Shown: positions 45,053 to 54,032, counted from the stretch's first letter. The stretch is DNA of 64,000 nt from a virus (IMGVR_UViG_3300028832_000118:25581-89580), one strand, 5' to 3'. Program-made: numbers and translations. Notes: generated by a model not told the origin, from the sequence alone.

Positions 45053-46209
45053 TACAAACTGCCAATAGCGTTATTTACATTCTTACTCAATCGGGATGCA
45101 AAAAAGTTTTTTGCCATAACTGCAAAATCCCATTCAGCATCAAACATATTATCAATCATTTCAATATTCGTCTGCAATAATAAATCCTTATTTGCAATAG
45201 AATTAACGCTGGACAGCTCCTGCTTATAGGTAACGTAAACCCCAAGCAGCCTATAACAGTCATATAAAAATTTAGAAAAATCTCCCAAAGCACTCAGCTC
45301 CACTTCATTAACCTCCTCATTTCTCCAAATAGAAAACAAATTTTTAATAGCACTATTAAGATGGTATCTTACCTCAAAAATCCTATTTCCACAAATCTGT
45401 TCTGAAAAGTTAAAGTTCATTCGCTTCGGCTTGGCAAAATCATATATAGTGCTATATTCTACATCATTACTATCAATCATAATTTTTTTCCAAATCTGAT
45501 TCATATTCGTGTAAACGTGCAACGATTGTGAATTATGCGTCTGAGTGCCTAAATCTATGCCAAGACACTCTGCAATTATTTCACCAAGCCAAGAAAATTG
45601 AAAAATATTAGTAGGCAATCCCAAATGAAGGTCGTTGCTTCTATTAGCAATAGTCATAATTAACTTATCATTTCTAACCTTCAACATCACCATATCATTG
45701 CACGGCAAATCCTTTGTCTTGTAGCCTAAATCTAAATCAGGGTTCCAAATACTCATAACAACCTGACGGCTATTGGGGTCATCTGCCAAAATTCTAATCG
45801 CCTCCGCTACTTGGTCAAGCGGCTGAATAGTTCTACCAGCATCTAAATTCATTTCACTAAAACCTCCCCAACGCATCAACCTATAACCATATGGCGCATG
45901 AAACACCTTTCCATCGTCTGAATATTGCTTCATGTTAGAGTTGAAAATATCTAACCATTCTACATCCTTTCTCCCTGCTGCTATCCATATAGCCTCCGCA
46001 ATCAAAAAAAATACATTCATATTACGCCCAAGCACACCAACACATCTTTTACGCGGATTTATAAGAGTAGTAGAAAAATCAAGCACCTCGCAACAAATCC
46101 CGTTACGACTTTGAATTTTTTCTCCATTCTCAACTACATACTTATTCAGTCGTGGATAAACGTCTGAAAAATTGTCTGTAATAATCTTTCTTAACATAAA
46201 ATCTTCCAT
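45052..46209 (-). CDS. Thymidylate synthase family protein, probable dUMP hydroxymethylase
   Basis: SRNG, SRQ, LPCN (catalytic Cys), NRSND, GLPTN (Asn at the dUMP-specificity position), SLHVY; FFLIAEAIW...YSDDG..FHAPYGYR subfamily pattern. Confidence 0.8.
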   Translation of the reverse strand: MEDFMLRKIITDNFSDVYPRLNKYVVENGEKIQSRNGICCEVLDFSTTLINPRKRCVGVLGRNMNVFFLIAEAIWIAAGRKDVEWLDIFNSNMKQYSDDGKVFHAPYGYRLMRWGGFSEMNLDAGRTIQPLDQVAEAIRILADDPNSRQVVMSIWNPDLDLGYKTKDLPCNDMVMLKVRNDKLIMTIANRSNDLHLGLPTNIFQFSWLGEIIAECLGIDLGTQTHNSQSLHVYTNMNQIWKKIMIDSNDVEYSTIYDFAKPKRMNFNFSEQICGNRIFEVRYHLNSAIKNLFSIWRNEEVNEVELSALGDFSKFLYDCYRLLGVYVTYKQELSSVNSIANKDLLLQTNIEMIDNMFDAEWDFAVMAKNFFASRLSKNVNNAIGSL

Positions 46210-46239
46210 AACTCTCTATCTTTTAATTATCGTAATATA

Positions 46240-46252
46240 AATAACGATGAAA
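46240..46252 (-). promoter_or_regulatory. Phage promoter motif copy (TTTCATCGTTATT)
   Basis: 31 bp upstream of the ATG at 46209, abutting a terminator. Confidence 0.55.
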
Positions 46253-46282
46253 AAAATAGGGGACTATAAAAAGCCCCCTATT
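46250..46282 (-). terminator. Rho-independent terminator
   Basis: AATAGGGG/CCCCTATT stem plus a T run. Confidence 0.7.
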
Positions 46283-46307
46283 CCCGTCAAAAAACCAGAA
46301 CAACTTG

Positions 46308-47267
46308 CTATTTTTTAGCAGTTTTTTTCAAAGCAACTTTCTTGGCAGGAGCGGCAACGGCTTTTTTCTCAACCTTTGCAGGTGCTTTCTTGACAGGAGC
46401 GGCATTGTTCATACTATCCTCCATTTTCTTGCGGTTGTCACCAAGTTTTTTATCTTGCTTTTTAATTTCATTCTCAACATTACCAAGCACCAACTTGATA
46501 AGTTTGAGCATTTTGGCAAAAGTAGTATTTTTGAAAATCGGCTGACCGCTCCAAGCAAGCTCATAATCAATTCCATTTTCAACTAAAATCGGAATAGCTT
46601 TCTTGTTCAAATAACCAGTACATTTAACGTCACCATTATCAAGCACAGTGCAACGCTCAACAACGCAAACGCCAGTTTTACCATTTTTGCCAATTTTCTT
46701 ATAATTAACGCCAGCAGCAATCCAAGCACGCTCATACTCAGCTTCGGGGAAAACCTTATCAAAGAAAGAGAACACCTTTCTATCTTCAACAACTTTTTTA
46801 GGGTCAAGCATGGGCGACTTTTTAACAGGCTTTGAAGATGCTTTCTTGGTAGTGGCAGCCTTCTTTTCTTCCTTCTTTACAGGCTTTACAGGGACAGCAG
46901 CCTTCTTTACAGGGACAGCCTTCTTTGCTTGTTTCTCCTCTACCTCAGGCTCTTCTTCATCGTCATCATCGGTTTCCTCCTCGTCATCCTCCTCAGGCTC
47001 GTCATCCTCCTCAGGCTCTTCTTCATCGTCATCCTCTGCTTCGGGTTCATCCTCCCCCTCAGGCTCTTCAACCTCATCATTCGGCTCTACAAAACTCTCG
47101 GCAATCTCAATAAGAGTATCAAGGCTCTCATCTTCCATGCCGTCAATGCCATTCTGCTCCAAGATTTCAAGAACTTGCTCTTTTGCAGTTTCCTCATCAG
47201 AAGCGTTCACGTTAATTGCAGCCAAGCGGCTAACCATTTCTTTTTGCAATTTAATTTTCTTTGCCAT
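46308..47267 (-). CDS. Hypothetical protein with an acidic linker and K/A-rich segments
   Basis: 319 aa; acidic block shared with SSB; KKAxAPAKK-type tail. Confidence 0.6.
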   Translation of the reverse strand: MAKKIKLQKEMVSRLAAINVNASDEETAKEQVLEILEQNGIDGMEDESLDTLIEIAESFVEPNDEVEEPEGEDEPEAEDDDEEEPEEDDEPEEDDEEETDDDDEEEPEVEEKQAKKAVPVKKAAVPVKPVKKEEKKAATTKKASSKPVKKSPMLDPKKVVEDRKVFSFFDKVFPEAEYERAWIAAGVNYKKIGKNGKTGVCVVERCTVLDNGDVKCTGYLNKKAIPILVENGIDYELAWSGQPIFKNTTFAKMLKLIKLVLGNVENEIKKQDKKLGDNRKKMEDSMNNAAPVKKAPAKVEKKAVAAPAKKVALKKTAKK

Positions 47268-47317
47268 AATCGTAATTTTTTAAGATTGTTAATAAATTTT
47301 TTTTGTTTTATACCATT

Positions 47318-47332
47318 AATAACTTTGGTAAA
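47318..47332 (-). promoter_or_regulatory. Phage promoter motif copy (TTTACCAAAGTTATT)
   Basis: Exact 15-mer; 51 bp upstream of the ATG at 47267. Confidence 0.65.
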
Positions 47333-47349
47333 TTTTTTATTGAATTTTT

Positions 47350-47985
47350 TTAATCTTCGTCCATATTAAAATTCTTAAAAATTCTCTGCACCTGCAATAA
47401 ATCATTGCCATAATTCTCTATCAAATATTCGCATTGAACCTTAACAACGTCCATAGCGTCCATAGGTTCATCGCCAGCTTCTATTACCTGCTTTTTAAGT
47501 TGTTTATCGGCATCGCAACCAAAATAAACCCTATTGAGCATATTTTTATTATAACCACGCAAATAGAGTGAAAACACGGCTCTCTGCTTCTTGTGCAGAT
47601 TTTCAAGCAAATCTACGCCATTAACCACGAACACATTATTTTCAGGCTCAACCCTGCTATCCTGCACAACGCCATAATCGTAACTAACCTCATCAATAGA
47701 CATCTTAAACCCCTCACGGCTAATATACTTTATAAAGTCACACACCTTATTGCTGCACGCACTTTGCAAGTAATATTTCAGCGGCACGGGCTTTTTATCT
47801 AACTTACCTGCATTAAAATCAGACAACTTGGCTAAATAAGCCTTAATAGTGGTATAGATTTTAATTTTAAACTCCTGAAGCACATCCTGATACTCGTACC
47901 CCATCTGAGTATAATTAAATACCTTATCCGCATACTGAGCGGCTAAATATTCGTAATTTTTGTAAATCATTTCTGCTGCTTCCAT
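47350..47985 (-). CDS. Sigma-70/ECF-like phage sigma factor (early)
   Basis: YEYLAAQYA...YQDVLQEFKIKIY...LKYYLQSACSNKVCDF (region 2); LHKKQRAVFSLYLRGY (region 4-like); host-type promoter upstream. Confidence 0.65.
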   Translation of the reverse strand: MEAAEMIYKNYEYLAAQYADKVFNYTQMGYEYQDVLQEFKIKIYTTIKAYLAKLSDFNAGKLDKKPVPLKYYLQSACSNKVCDFIKYISREGFKMSIDEVSYDYGVVQDSRVEPENNVFVVNGVDLLENLHKKQRAVFSLYLRGYNKNMLNRVYFGCDADKQLKKQVIEAGDEPMDAMDVVKVQCEYLIENYGNDLLQVQRIFKNFNMDED

Positions 47986-48010
47986 AGTTTTGAATTTTTA
48001 ATTGTTAATA

Positions 48011-48099
48011 ATTTTGTTTCGCATCGCAAAAATACGATAAAAAATAATACAAAATACTTTTTTCTAAAAATTTTTTTATCCCTACAAAATAAAGGGTTT
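48011..48099 (-). promoter_or_regulatory. Host-type early promoter, 89-bp direct repeat copy 1
   Basis: Identical to 55529-55617; contains TATTTTTG (TAnnTTTG) at 48027-48034. Confidence 0.85.
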
Positions 48100-48124
48100 G
48101 AGGCACTTTTTAATGATAAAAAAT

Positions 48125-48155
48125 AAAAAAGCACTACTTTTTGTAGTGCATTTTT
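48125..48155. terminator. Probable bidirectional terminator
   Basis: GCACTAC/GTAGTGC stem with an A run on one side and a T run on the other. Confidence 0.65.
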
Positions 48156-48190
48156 CGGAATATTTTTTGGAAAATTAGTAAAAACTATTT

Positions 48191-48451
48191 TTACACGTTC
48201 ATTATTAAATTCCCCTGCTCGGATAATTCAACCAACTTCTTTTCACTCGGTTTAAGATAACAAAAAATAATTTTTTTACCATTGAAAACCTTTCGCCAAT
48301 TTGCGCAAAGCGTTTTGAACTTTTCCGAAAAGTAAATATCATAGTCATCAATCGCAATAAACCAGCATTCTCCCTCTTTATAAGAAAATGTAATAATTCC
48401 CTTATAAATCTTTTCAAGAGCTTGTAAAACGGCTAAAATGCGACTTCTCAT
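48191..48451 (-). CDS. Hypothetical protein
   Basis: 86 aa downstream of the RNR gene. Confidence 0.55.
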   Translation of the reverse strand: MRSRILAVLQALEKIYKGIITFSYKEGECWFIAIDDYDIYFSEKFKTLCANWRKVFNGKKIIFCYLKPSEKKLVELSEQGNLIMNV

Positions 48452-48457
48452 ACCAAA

Positions 48458-50416
48458 CTATATTACTTCACAGCTTCCACCGCTGCAACCTATCGCCACT
48501 AAATCGGTGCTGCTGATTATTCTGCCATCTAATATCTTTGCAAAATCCACTTCATTATTCTCTATGAATTTCAAAATGCTGTTAAACTTTTTCTCCATCT
48601 TTTCATCCGCTATGCGCTGAAATGGAGGATGGGGATAAATTTGGTCGCCAAGTTTAGGCAGCAAGCTAACCCCCGTGAAAATATGGTCGTTCATATATAG
48701 CACCGCTGCAACCGCTTCCCACTCGTTATCAGCAACCTCTACAGTAACAGATACGTTATTATTAACACCCCTAAAATTAACTCCCTTATTCACCCAATAG
48801 TGCTTAACCATGCTAACAAATTTCAAATGTTCTATCGCATTTATATCATCCTTACGCACAACACCATCCTTGCAAATAATCGGGAATATCATAACAGCTT
48901 CATCATCGCTAACGTCATCCACCATTGGGGTATCGTGAAGGACTTTATATTCAGGTGATGTCTTTTTAATCCTTACCCTTCTAAAATATCGGTAATCGTG
49001 AGCAGGATGAATGCCTGAGCAGGACAACCCAAGTATGGCGCTGGCATTGCCGCTCGGTTTGATAGTGGTACAAGCACTGCTAAATTTTATATTGAAAATA
49101 TTAGCAAACTTACGATTGGTGTCTAATACTTTCAAAGCTCCATATTTCAAAACTTCAGGCTTCATCAAATCCCTATTAGCAAAAAGCCCCGTAATAGACA
49201 CCCCAATCGCTCTATCTCTCTCAGCTATCTTTTTAGACACGGGTGATAAGTATTTGAAATCGCTATAAAGTGACTGCACAGTGGCAATAAATGCAGCACT
49301 TGCACAACAGCGGTGGAATTCATTTTCATCCTTTATTTTCTCAGCATTTATTTCCACTAAATTGCAAAAAGCAAAACCAGTTTCATTGCTAAACCTTGGA
49401 TGCAATACTATTTCACCGCACGGATTTACAATATATTCATACGATGGCACATTTACAAATCCAGGCTCTCCAAATTGTCGAATGACTGAAATCTTTTCCC
49501 TATACTCTTCATAGCTCATTCTATCTTCATCACTCGTCAATATGCTATTATTAGCCATAGTTCTCTGCGGATTATCAACCCACCAATTACCAGTCTTACA
49601 GCGCAACATATCTTCATCATCTTTATCAAATAACGCTATCATTGCACTCCTACGGACACCGCCTGAAACAACAGCCATAGCAATATGACACAAAATATCG
49701 TGAATTTCAATACTCTTTAACTTTCTGCCTTCAGCACCAAAAAATATTTTCTTTATATTTTCATGCGCCTTAATCAAGCCATTTGGGCCAGGGGCTGCAA
49801 ACTTTCCATCAATCAACTCCCCCTCTTTTCTAACATCTCTGAAATCTATTTCAACCCCGTTCCCTTTATATAGATTTTCAATCAACACCCTTATACTCTT
49901 TGCCCATCCTTCAATACTATCTTCAACCCTATATTTCGCAACATCGTTTTCAGGGGATTGGTGCAAAACTACTGGCAGCTTTTCAATATACTCTCTATGC
50001 AAAGAGTAACCGACACCGCAACCGCAAAGAAGCAAATACATAATTTCATCAAACGCTGAAATCCTATCAATAAACGTACCACAGCAGTTGTAAATTTTCG
50101 TTTCGTGCTTCAAAATTCCGCTTGTCTTAACGGGTGAGGCAAATTGCCGTGAACGCTGGGATGAAAGTATTTTCTTTTCACGCTCTAACATTTCGCAAAA
50201 TCTCAACTCATCTACAACCTCCTGATTGTTTAATAAATTCAAACTTTCCAGCTTCTTCTCGTGCATCGCATAAATGCGCCTCACTGTATCGCTCCAACTC
50301 TCTAATGTACCATCTTCTTTCTTTTGCGCATACTTCGACAAAAATACATATTCTGAAAGTAAATCTAAACCATCCATATCTACCTCCGTTTTATTTTCCA
50401 GTATGTCCAAAACCAC
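48458..50416 (-). CDS. nrdJ: Class II (adenosylcobalamin-dependent) ribonucleotide reductase, monomeric RTPR type
   Basis: YNCC, GCGVGYS, GGVRRSA, NPCGEI (thiyl Cys), TIKPSG, C-terminal CSGGSC. Confidence 0.9.
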   Translation of the reverse strand: MVLDILENKTEVDMDGLDLLSEYVFLSKYAQKKEDGTLESWSDTVRRIYAMHEKKLESLNLLNNQEVVDELRFCEMLEREKKILSSQRSRQFASPVKTSGILKHETKIYNCCGTFIDRISAFDEIMYLLLCGCGVGYSLHREYIEKLPVVLHQSPENDVAKYRVEDSIEGWAKSIRVLIENLYKGNGVEIDFRDVRKEGELIDGKFAAPGPNGLIKAHENIKKIFFGAEGRKLKSIEIHDILCHIAMAVVSGGVRRSAMIALFDKDDEDMLRCKTGNWWVDNPQRTMANNSILTSDEDRMSYEEYREKISVIRQFGEPGFVNVPSYEYIVNPCGEIVLHPRFSNETGFAFCNLVEINAEKIKDENEFHRCCASAAFIATVQSLYSDFKYLSPVSKKIAERDRAIGVSITGLFANRDLMKPEVLKYGALKVLDTNRKFANIFNIKFSSACTTIKPSGNASAILGLSCSGIHPAHDYRYFRRVRIKKTSPEYKVLHDTPMVDDVSDDEAVMIFPIICKDGVVRKDDINAIEHLKFVSMVKHYWVNKGVNFRGVNNNVSVTVEVADNEWEAVAAVLYMNDHIFTGVSLLPKLGDQIYPHPPFQRIADEKMEKKFNSILKFIENNEVDFAKILDGRIISSTDLVAIGCSGGSCEVI

Positions 50417-50843
50417 CTTCGCCTCTCTCGCTATCTCTCGTAAAGTTATCTACGATATTAAATTCAGCCTGAAACAAGCCCCCTTCCCCGTTGAAAACTA
50501 TCTGCGCTATCCTATCTCCACGATTTATGATAAAGGGCTCATTTGATAGGTTTACAAGCACGACACCTACATCCCCTTGATAATCCGCATCAATAGTGCC
50601 AGGTGAATTTATTACAGTCACTCCGTTTTTAAGTGCTAAACCACTTCTTGGGCGTATCTGAGCCTCAGCATCATCGGGCAACTCTATTTTTATTGAAAGA
50701 GGAATTAACGCACGCTCAAACGGGTGAATGCAAATAGTGGAAACATTAGCAGCATACAAATCAGCGCCAGCAGACTTTTCGGTGGCGTAAACGGGCATTT
50801 TTCCAAATCCCGTAATCATCAAATTCACTTTTCTCTTTTTCAT
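50391..50843 (-). CDS. dut: Trimeric dUTPase
   Basis: AGADL, RSGLA, GTIDADYQG, RIAQ, RGEGGFGHTG. Confidence 0.95.
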   Translation of the reverse strand: MKKRKVNLMITGFGKMPVYATEKSAGADLYAANVSTICIHPFERALIPLSIKIELPDDAEAQIRPRSGLALKNGVTVINSPGTIDADYQGDVGVVLVNLSNEPFIINRGDRIAQIVFNGEGGLFQAEFNIVDNFTRDSERGEGGFGHTGK

Positions 50844-50863
50844 ATCTATAAACTTTTATTAAC

Positions 50864-50896
50864 AAAAATAGGCACTATAAATAACTATGTGCCTAT
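50864..50896 (-). terminator. Terminator whose loop contains a promoter-motif copy (CATAGTTATT, 50880-50889)
   Basis: ATAGGCAC/GTGCCTAT stem plus a T run. Confidence 0.55.
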
Positions 50897-50922
50897 CTAA
50901 CCATTAAATAATAGCAAACAAA

Positions 50923-51438
50923 TTAAAAATCTAATGCCAACAACTGAGACATATTCAAGCTATAAGTTTTTCCATCCTCCATATTGCTCAGCAATATCTC
51001 ACAAGCCTTAATGTCGGTCATAATATTACAAATCATCTCAACTGTCCCGTTATACTCCCTACGCTTATTAGCCTCATATTCTGAAGCGGGTGCGGTGCAA
51101 TCAGGAGCATTATCTTCAACAGAAAGAGTTTCAAAATTCCCGTGAACATTCTTTTCATAAAAGCAAGTTTCACACCAATCAAAGGTCTTATAGGGTACTT
51201 GGATTTTTCTATCCACACTCCAATACTTGCTTATTTCACGCTTCGGCATCGCTCCGCATTCTTCAAGCAGCCCATTAGCCTTTTCACTATAAGTAGTAAG
51301 TTCTGAATTCAATCTCGGAAGCACAACGCTGTTTATCTGATTTTTTATATCCTTACCTGACTTGGTGAACTTATCCTGATATTCAAACGCTCTAAAAATA
51401 TCAGATTTTTCAATTTCCTCTTTTTTATTATTTTTCAT
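50923..51438 (-). CDS. Hypothetical protein
   Basis: 171 aa; N-terminal EEIEKS. Confidence 0.6.
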   Translation of the reverse strand: MKNNKKEEIEKSDIFRAFEYQDKFTKSGKDIKNQINSVVLPRLNSELTTYSEKANGLLEECGAMPKREISKYWSVDRKIQVPYKTFDWCETCFYEKNVHGNFETLSVEDNAPDCTAPASEYEANKRREYNGTVEMICNIMTDIKACEILLSNMEDGKTYSLNMSQLLALDF

Positions 51439-51613
51439 CTTCTTTCCCCTCCTTTAATCTTTTATACATATAGAAGCCGCCAACAAAAGCGCCAGCAACA
51501 AACGAAATAGCATTAACGATTGAAGCCCAAACGGGGACATAATGCGTGTAAACAATAGTGGCTATAATAATCACTGCTACAATAGCCACAATAATTAAAA
51601 TTCTTTTTTTCAT
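51428..51613 (-). CDS. Small membrane protein (2 TM)
   Basis: Two hydrophobic helices. Confidence 0.6.
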   Translation of the reverse strand: MKKRILIIVAIVAVIIIATIVYTHYVPVWASIVNAISFVAGAFVGGFYMYKRLKEGKEDEK

Positions 51614-51621
51614 AATACTTG

Positions 51622-52590
51622 CTATTTAATTAACATTCCGTAAAAAGATTCAAGTGTATATTCTCCCTTATACTTGTATTTTTTAGAATTTATATCATCA
51701 ATCATATTCTGTAATAACTCTTTCCCGTTATACGTTTGCAAATCGTTACTTTCATATACACTCAAATTCAACCAAGTCATTTTAAGATTAAAAAGTATCT
51801 GCCCCAACACTTCATCCTCCCTCTTTTTCATAAACCTGCAAACCGCATCGGCAATCCACCTGCCCATCGTAACCAAATCAACATTCTGAGGCTCTTTATA
51901 AGGCTTCAGAAAATTCATAAACTTTTCAAAAGCCTTTTCACCAAACCCATTAAACAGTTTAGGGATATTATCTGACTTATCACCCATAATTACCTTGTAT
52001 AAGACTATATCAAACGGCTCTATGGTATTTATATTCATAAACTCGTTCAACTGTCCTCTTAACCACTCCTCACGCTCAGAAACGCAATAAAGGGATAATT
52101 GTTTAGAATTTGAATTCATAACGCTAACCCTATCATTGACTAACTGCCTTATATCGCTATCACCCGTAACTATAACATTATCTTCATCGCCTACATACCC
52201 TAACACTAAACTCCAAACGTACATAAGGTCATCCCCCTCAGCTCCGTTCACCCTGCTAACTATCACCCCTTTTTCATTTAGCAGCTTATGAAACAAATCC
52301 AAGCAAATCAGAAAATGTCGGTAACTATCATCCCTCACCTTGGTCAATGAATATTTATAGTTAGCGTATAGATTGTAACGCCAACTGCTGCTATCTATCG
52401 TAAAAATTACCTTATCTACATTCTTGAACATTCTAACAGTATAGCAGAAATCAATCACACATTTGCGGATTAACACCTGTTGCTTTTCCTTATCCTGAAG
52501 CACCTCGCTAATATCTTCATTTTTATAATAGGTGCTGAAAACAGAAAAATTTTTATGGAACAAATAATTGCCGTCAAATATAACATTCAT
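51622..52590 (-). CDS. 5'-3' exonuclease / RNase H (T4 Rnh / FEN-like)
   Basis: IFDGN, YK..R, EGDD, TGDSD, MGDKSDNIP. Confidence 0.9.
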   Translation of the reverse strand: MNVIFDGNYLFHKNFSVFSTYYKNEDISEVLQDKEKQQVLIRKCVIDFCYTVRMFKNVDKVIFTIDSSSWRYNLYANYKYSLTKVRDDSYRHFLICLDLFHKLLNEKGVIVSRVNGAEGDDLMYVWSLVLGYVGDEDNVIVTGDSDIRQLVNDRVSVMNSNSKQLSLYCVSEREEWLRGQLNEFMNINTIEPFDIVLYKVIMGDKSDNIPKLFNGFGEKAFEKFMNFLKPYKEPQNVDLVTMGRWIADAVCRFMKKREDEVLGQILFNLKMTWLNLSVYESNDLQTYNGKELLQNMIDDINSKKYKYKGEYTLESFYGMLIK

Positions 52591-52614
52591 AATCTCTTAA
52601 CCTTTATAATAACT

Positions 52615-52628
52615 AATAACTATGTAAA
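52615..52628 (-). promoter_or_regulatory. Phage promoter motif copy (TTTACATAGTTATT)
   Basis: 25 bp upstream of the ATG at 52590, abutting a terminator. Confidence 0.6.
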
Positions 52629-52630
52629 AT

Positions 52631-52675
52631 AAAAAAACCCGCCCAAGGACTGTCTAAAAACCAATCGGGGGCGGG
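52631..52675 (-). terminator. Probable terminator (large loop)
   Basis: CCCGCCC/GGGCGGG stem plus a T run. Confidence 0.5.
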
Positions 52676-52706
52676 ACAACGAAACAAAGTGCCTATGGAA
52701 ACACTC

Positions 52707-53085
52707 TTACTCTCTTATTAACTTTGTATCTTTCTGCTGACCTTCAACTGCTTTACCAATACTAATATTTTTACCATCCTTCTTACCAATCTCCCTCGCA
52801 TCATCAAAATATCTCCTATGACTGCGACAAGTGGCAATATAACCAAAATTATTTTCCATATACTGCATAATTTCATTATTGCTTCTGACCAACAAGGCGG
52901 TAATCTTATTTTTCATTTCACCTCTGCGCTCCCTCTGCATCCTCCATAGATAGATTATATTTCAACATCAATCTCTGCATCGCTGCTGCTGCATTATTCG
53001 CCTCACCTTCATTCTTCATTTTAGCATCCTCATACAACGCTTTCAATTTTGCCAGCTTTTTAAGAATTTTATCCATTGCTTCCAT
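52707..53085 (-). pseudogene. Collapsed DUF2786-family gene: N-terminal domain (52918-53085) and C-terminal tail (52707-52940) are out of frame
   Basis: MEAMDKILKKLAKLKALYEDAKMKNEGEANNAAAAMQRLMLKYNLS is DUF2786-like; KITALLVRSNNEI...GKKDGKNI resembles the usual C-terminus; no middle domain. Confidence 0.55.
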
Positions 53086-53115
53086 TTCTATTTACGATTA
53101 AAATTTATACCAATA

Positions 53116-53129
53116 TAAACTTTGGTAAA
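53116..53129 (-). promoter_or_regulatory. Phage promoter motif variant (TTTACCAAAGTTTA)
   Basis: 31 bp upstream of the ATG at 53085, abutting a terminator. Confidence 0.5.
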
Positions 53130-53158
53130 AAAATCCCCGTTTTTAATACGGGGATTTT
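53127..53158 (-). terminator. Rho-independent terminator
   Basis: AAAATCCCCGT/ACGGGGATTTT stem plus a T run. Confidence 0.8.
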
Positions 53159-53179
53159 ATAATGATGAAAAATAAAAAA

Positions 53180-53905
53180 TTATACAGTCTTAAATTTAAC
53201 TTTCAAAACACTATCTTGGTGAATCTCATATCCAGTAAATAATTTTCCCGTACTTTCATCATAAGAATCAGTCAAATATTTCAAAAGACTTGCATCATCA
53301 TCTTCACCATCGTAAATAGCAGCAAAATCAATAGTATAACCAGCAATATCCTGATTGACAATATTTATCGCCAATTCTGTTCCATCTTCATAACCATCGT
53401 CATCGTCTGTAGGCGGCTCTACAGTAACTTCAATAGGCGGATTACCAGTTTCATTCTTAATAGTAAAAGTGAATTTTTCTACAAGAATTGGAAGAGCATC
53501 GTTCAAAAAGTTTACACACGCCAAACTGACATTATTCATCGGGTTTCGTTGACTGAAAACATCGCTCTTAATGAAAATCACGATTGATTCTGTCAAATAA
53601 TCGGCATTAAAATTTTCAAGCCCATCATAAATTTTTTTACAATCGCTATTAAATACTACCTTAATACAATTATTGACAGCATCCTTATCTTTCACATCAA
53701 CACTATTTGAAAATGCCATCCGTTTCAAAATCTCTAAAAGCTGAATAGCAGATGAAATAATGTTTCCATCTTCATCATCACCACTGTACTCTAAAAGATT
53801 AAGCAAATCAATAGCATTTTGCTGTGTGTTCTTAACCGAATTTAATTCGTTAAATAAGATGGAATAAAACTGAAATCCATCCTGCTCCTTAAAAATTTTT
53901 TCCAT
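53180..53905 (-). CDS. Acidic protein with a possible C-terminal InlB-B-repeat/Ig-like domain
   Basis: GYEDGTELAI...AGYTI...YEIHQDSVLKVKF fits the B-repeat pattern; monocistronic between terminators. Confidence 0.4.
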   Translation of the reverse strand: MEKIFKEQDGFQFYSILFNELNSVKNTQQNAIDLLNLLEYSGDDEDGNIISSAIQLLEILKRMAFSNSVDVKDKDAVNNCIKVVFNSDCKKIYDGLENFNADYLTESIVIFIKSDVFSQRNPMNNVSLACVNFLNDALPILVEKFTFTIKNETGNPPIEVTVEPPTDDDDGYEDGTELAINIVNQDIAGYTIDFAAIYDGEDDDASLLKYLTDSYDESTGKLFTGYEIHQDSVLKVKFKTV

Positions 53906-53952
53906 ATCTTTTTTGTTTTAGTTATTAAATCTCTACTGCGTTTAATAGATGT

Positions 53953-53986
53953 AAAAAAATAAAAGAGGCTAAATAATACCTCTTTT
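53953..53986 (-). terminator. Rho-independent terminator
   Basis: AAAAGAGG/CCTCTTTT stem plus a T run. Confidence 0.65.
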
Positions 53987-54032
53987 ATACAAACAAACCA
54001 AAAAATAAGCCGTTTTAGGCTCTGTATTGAAT

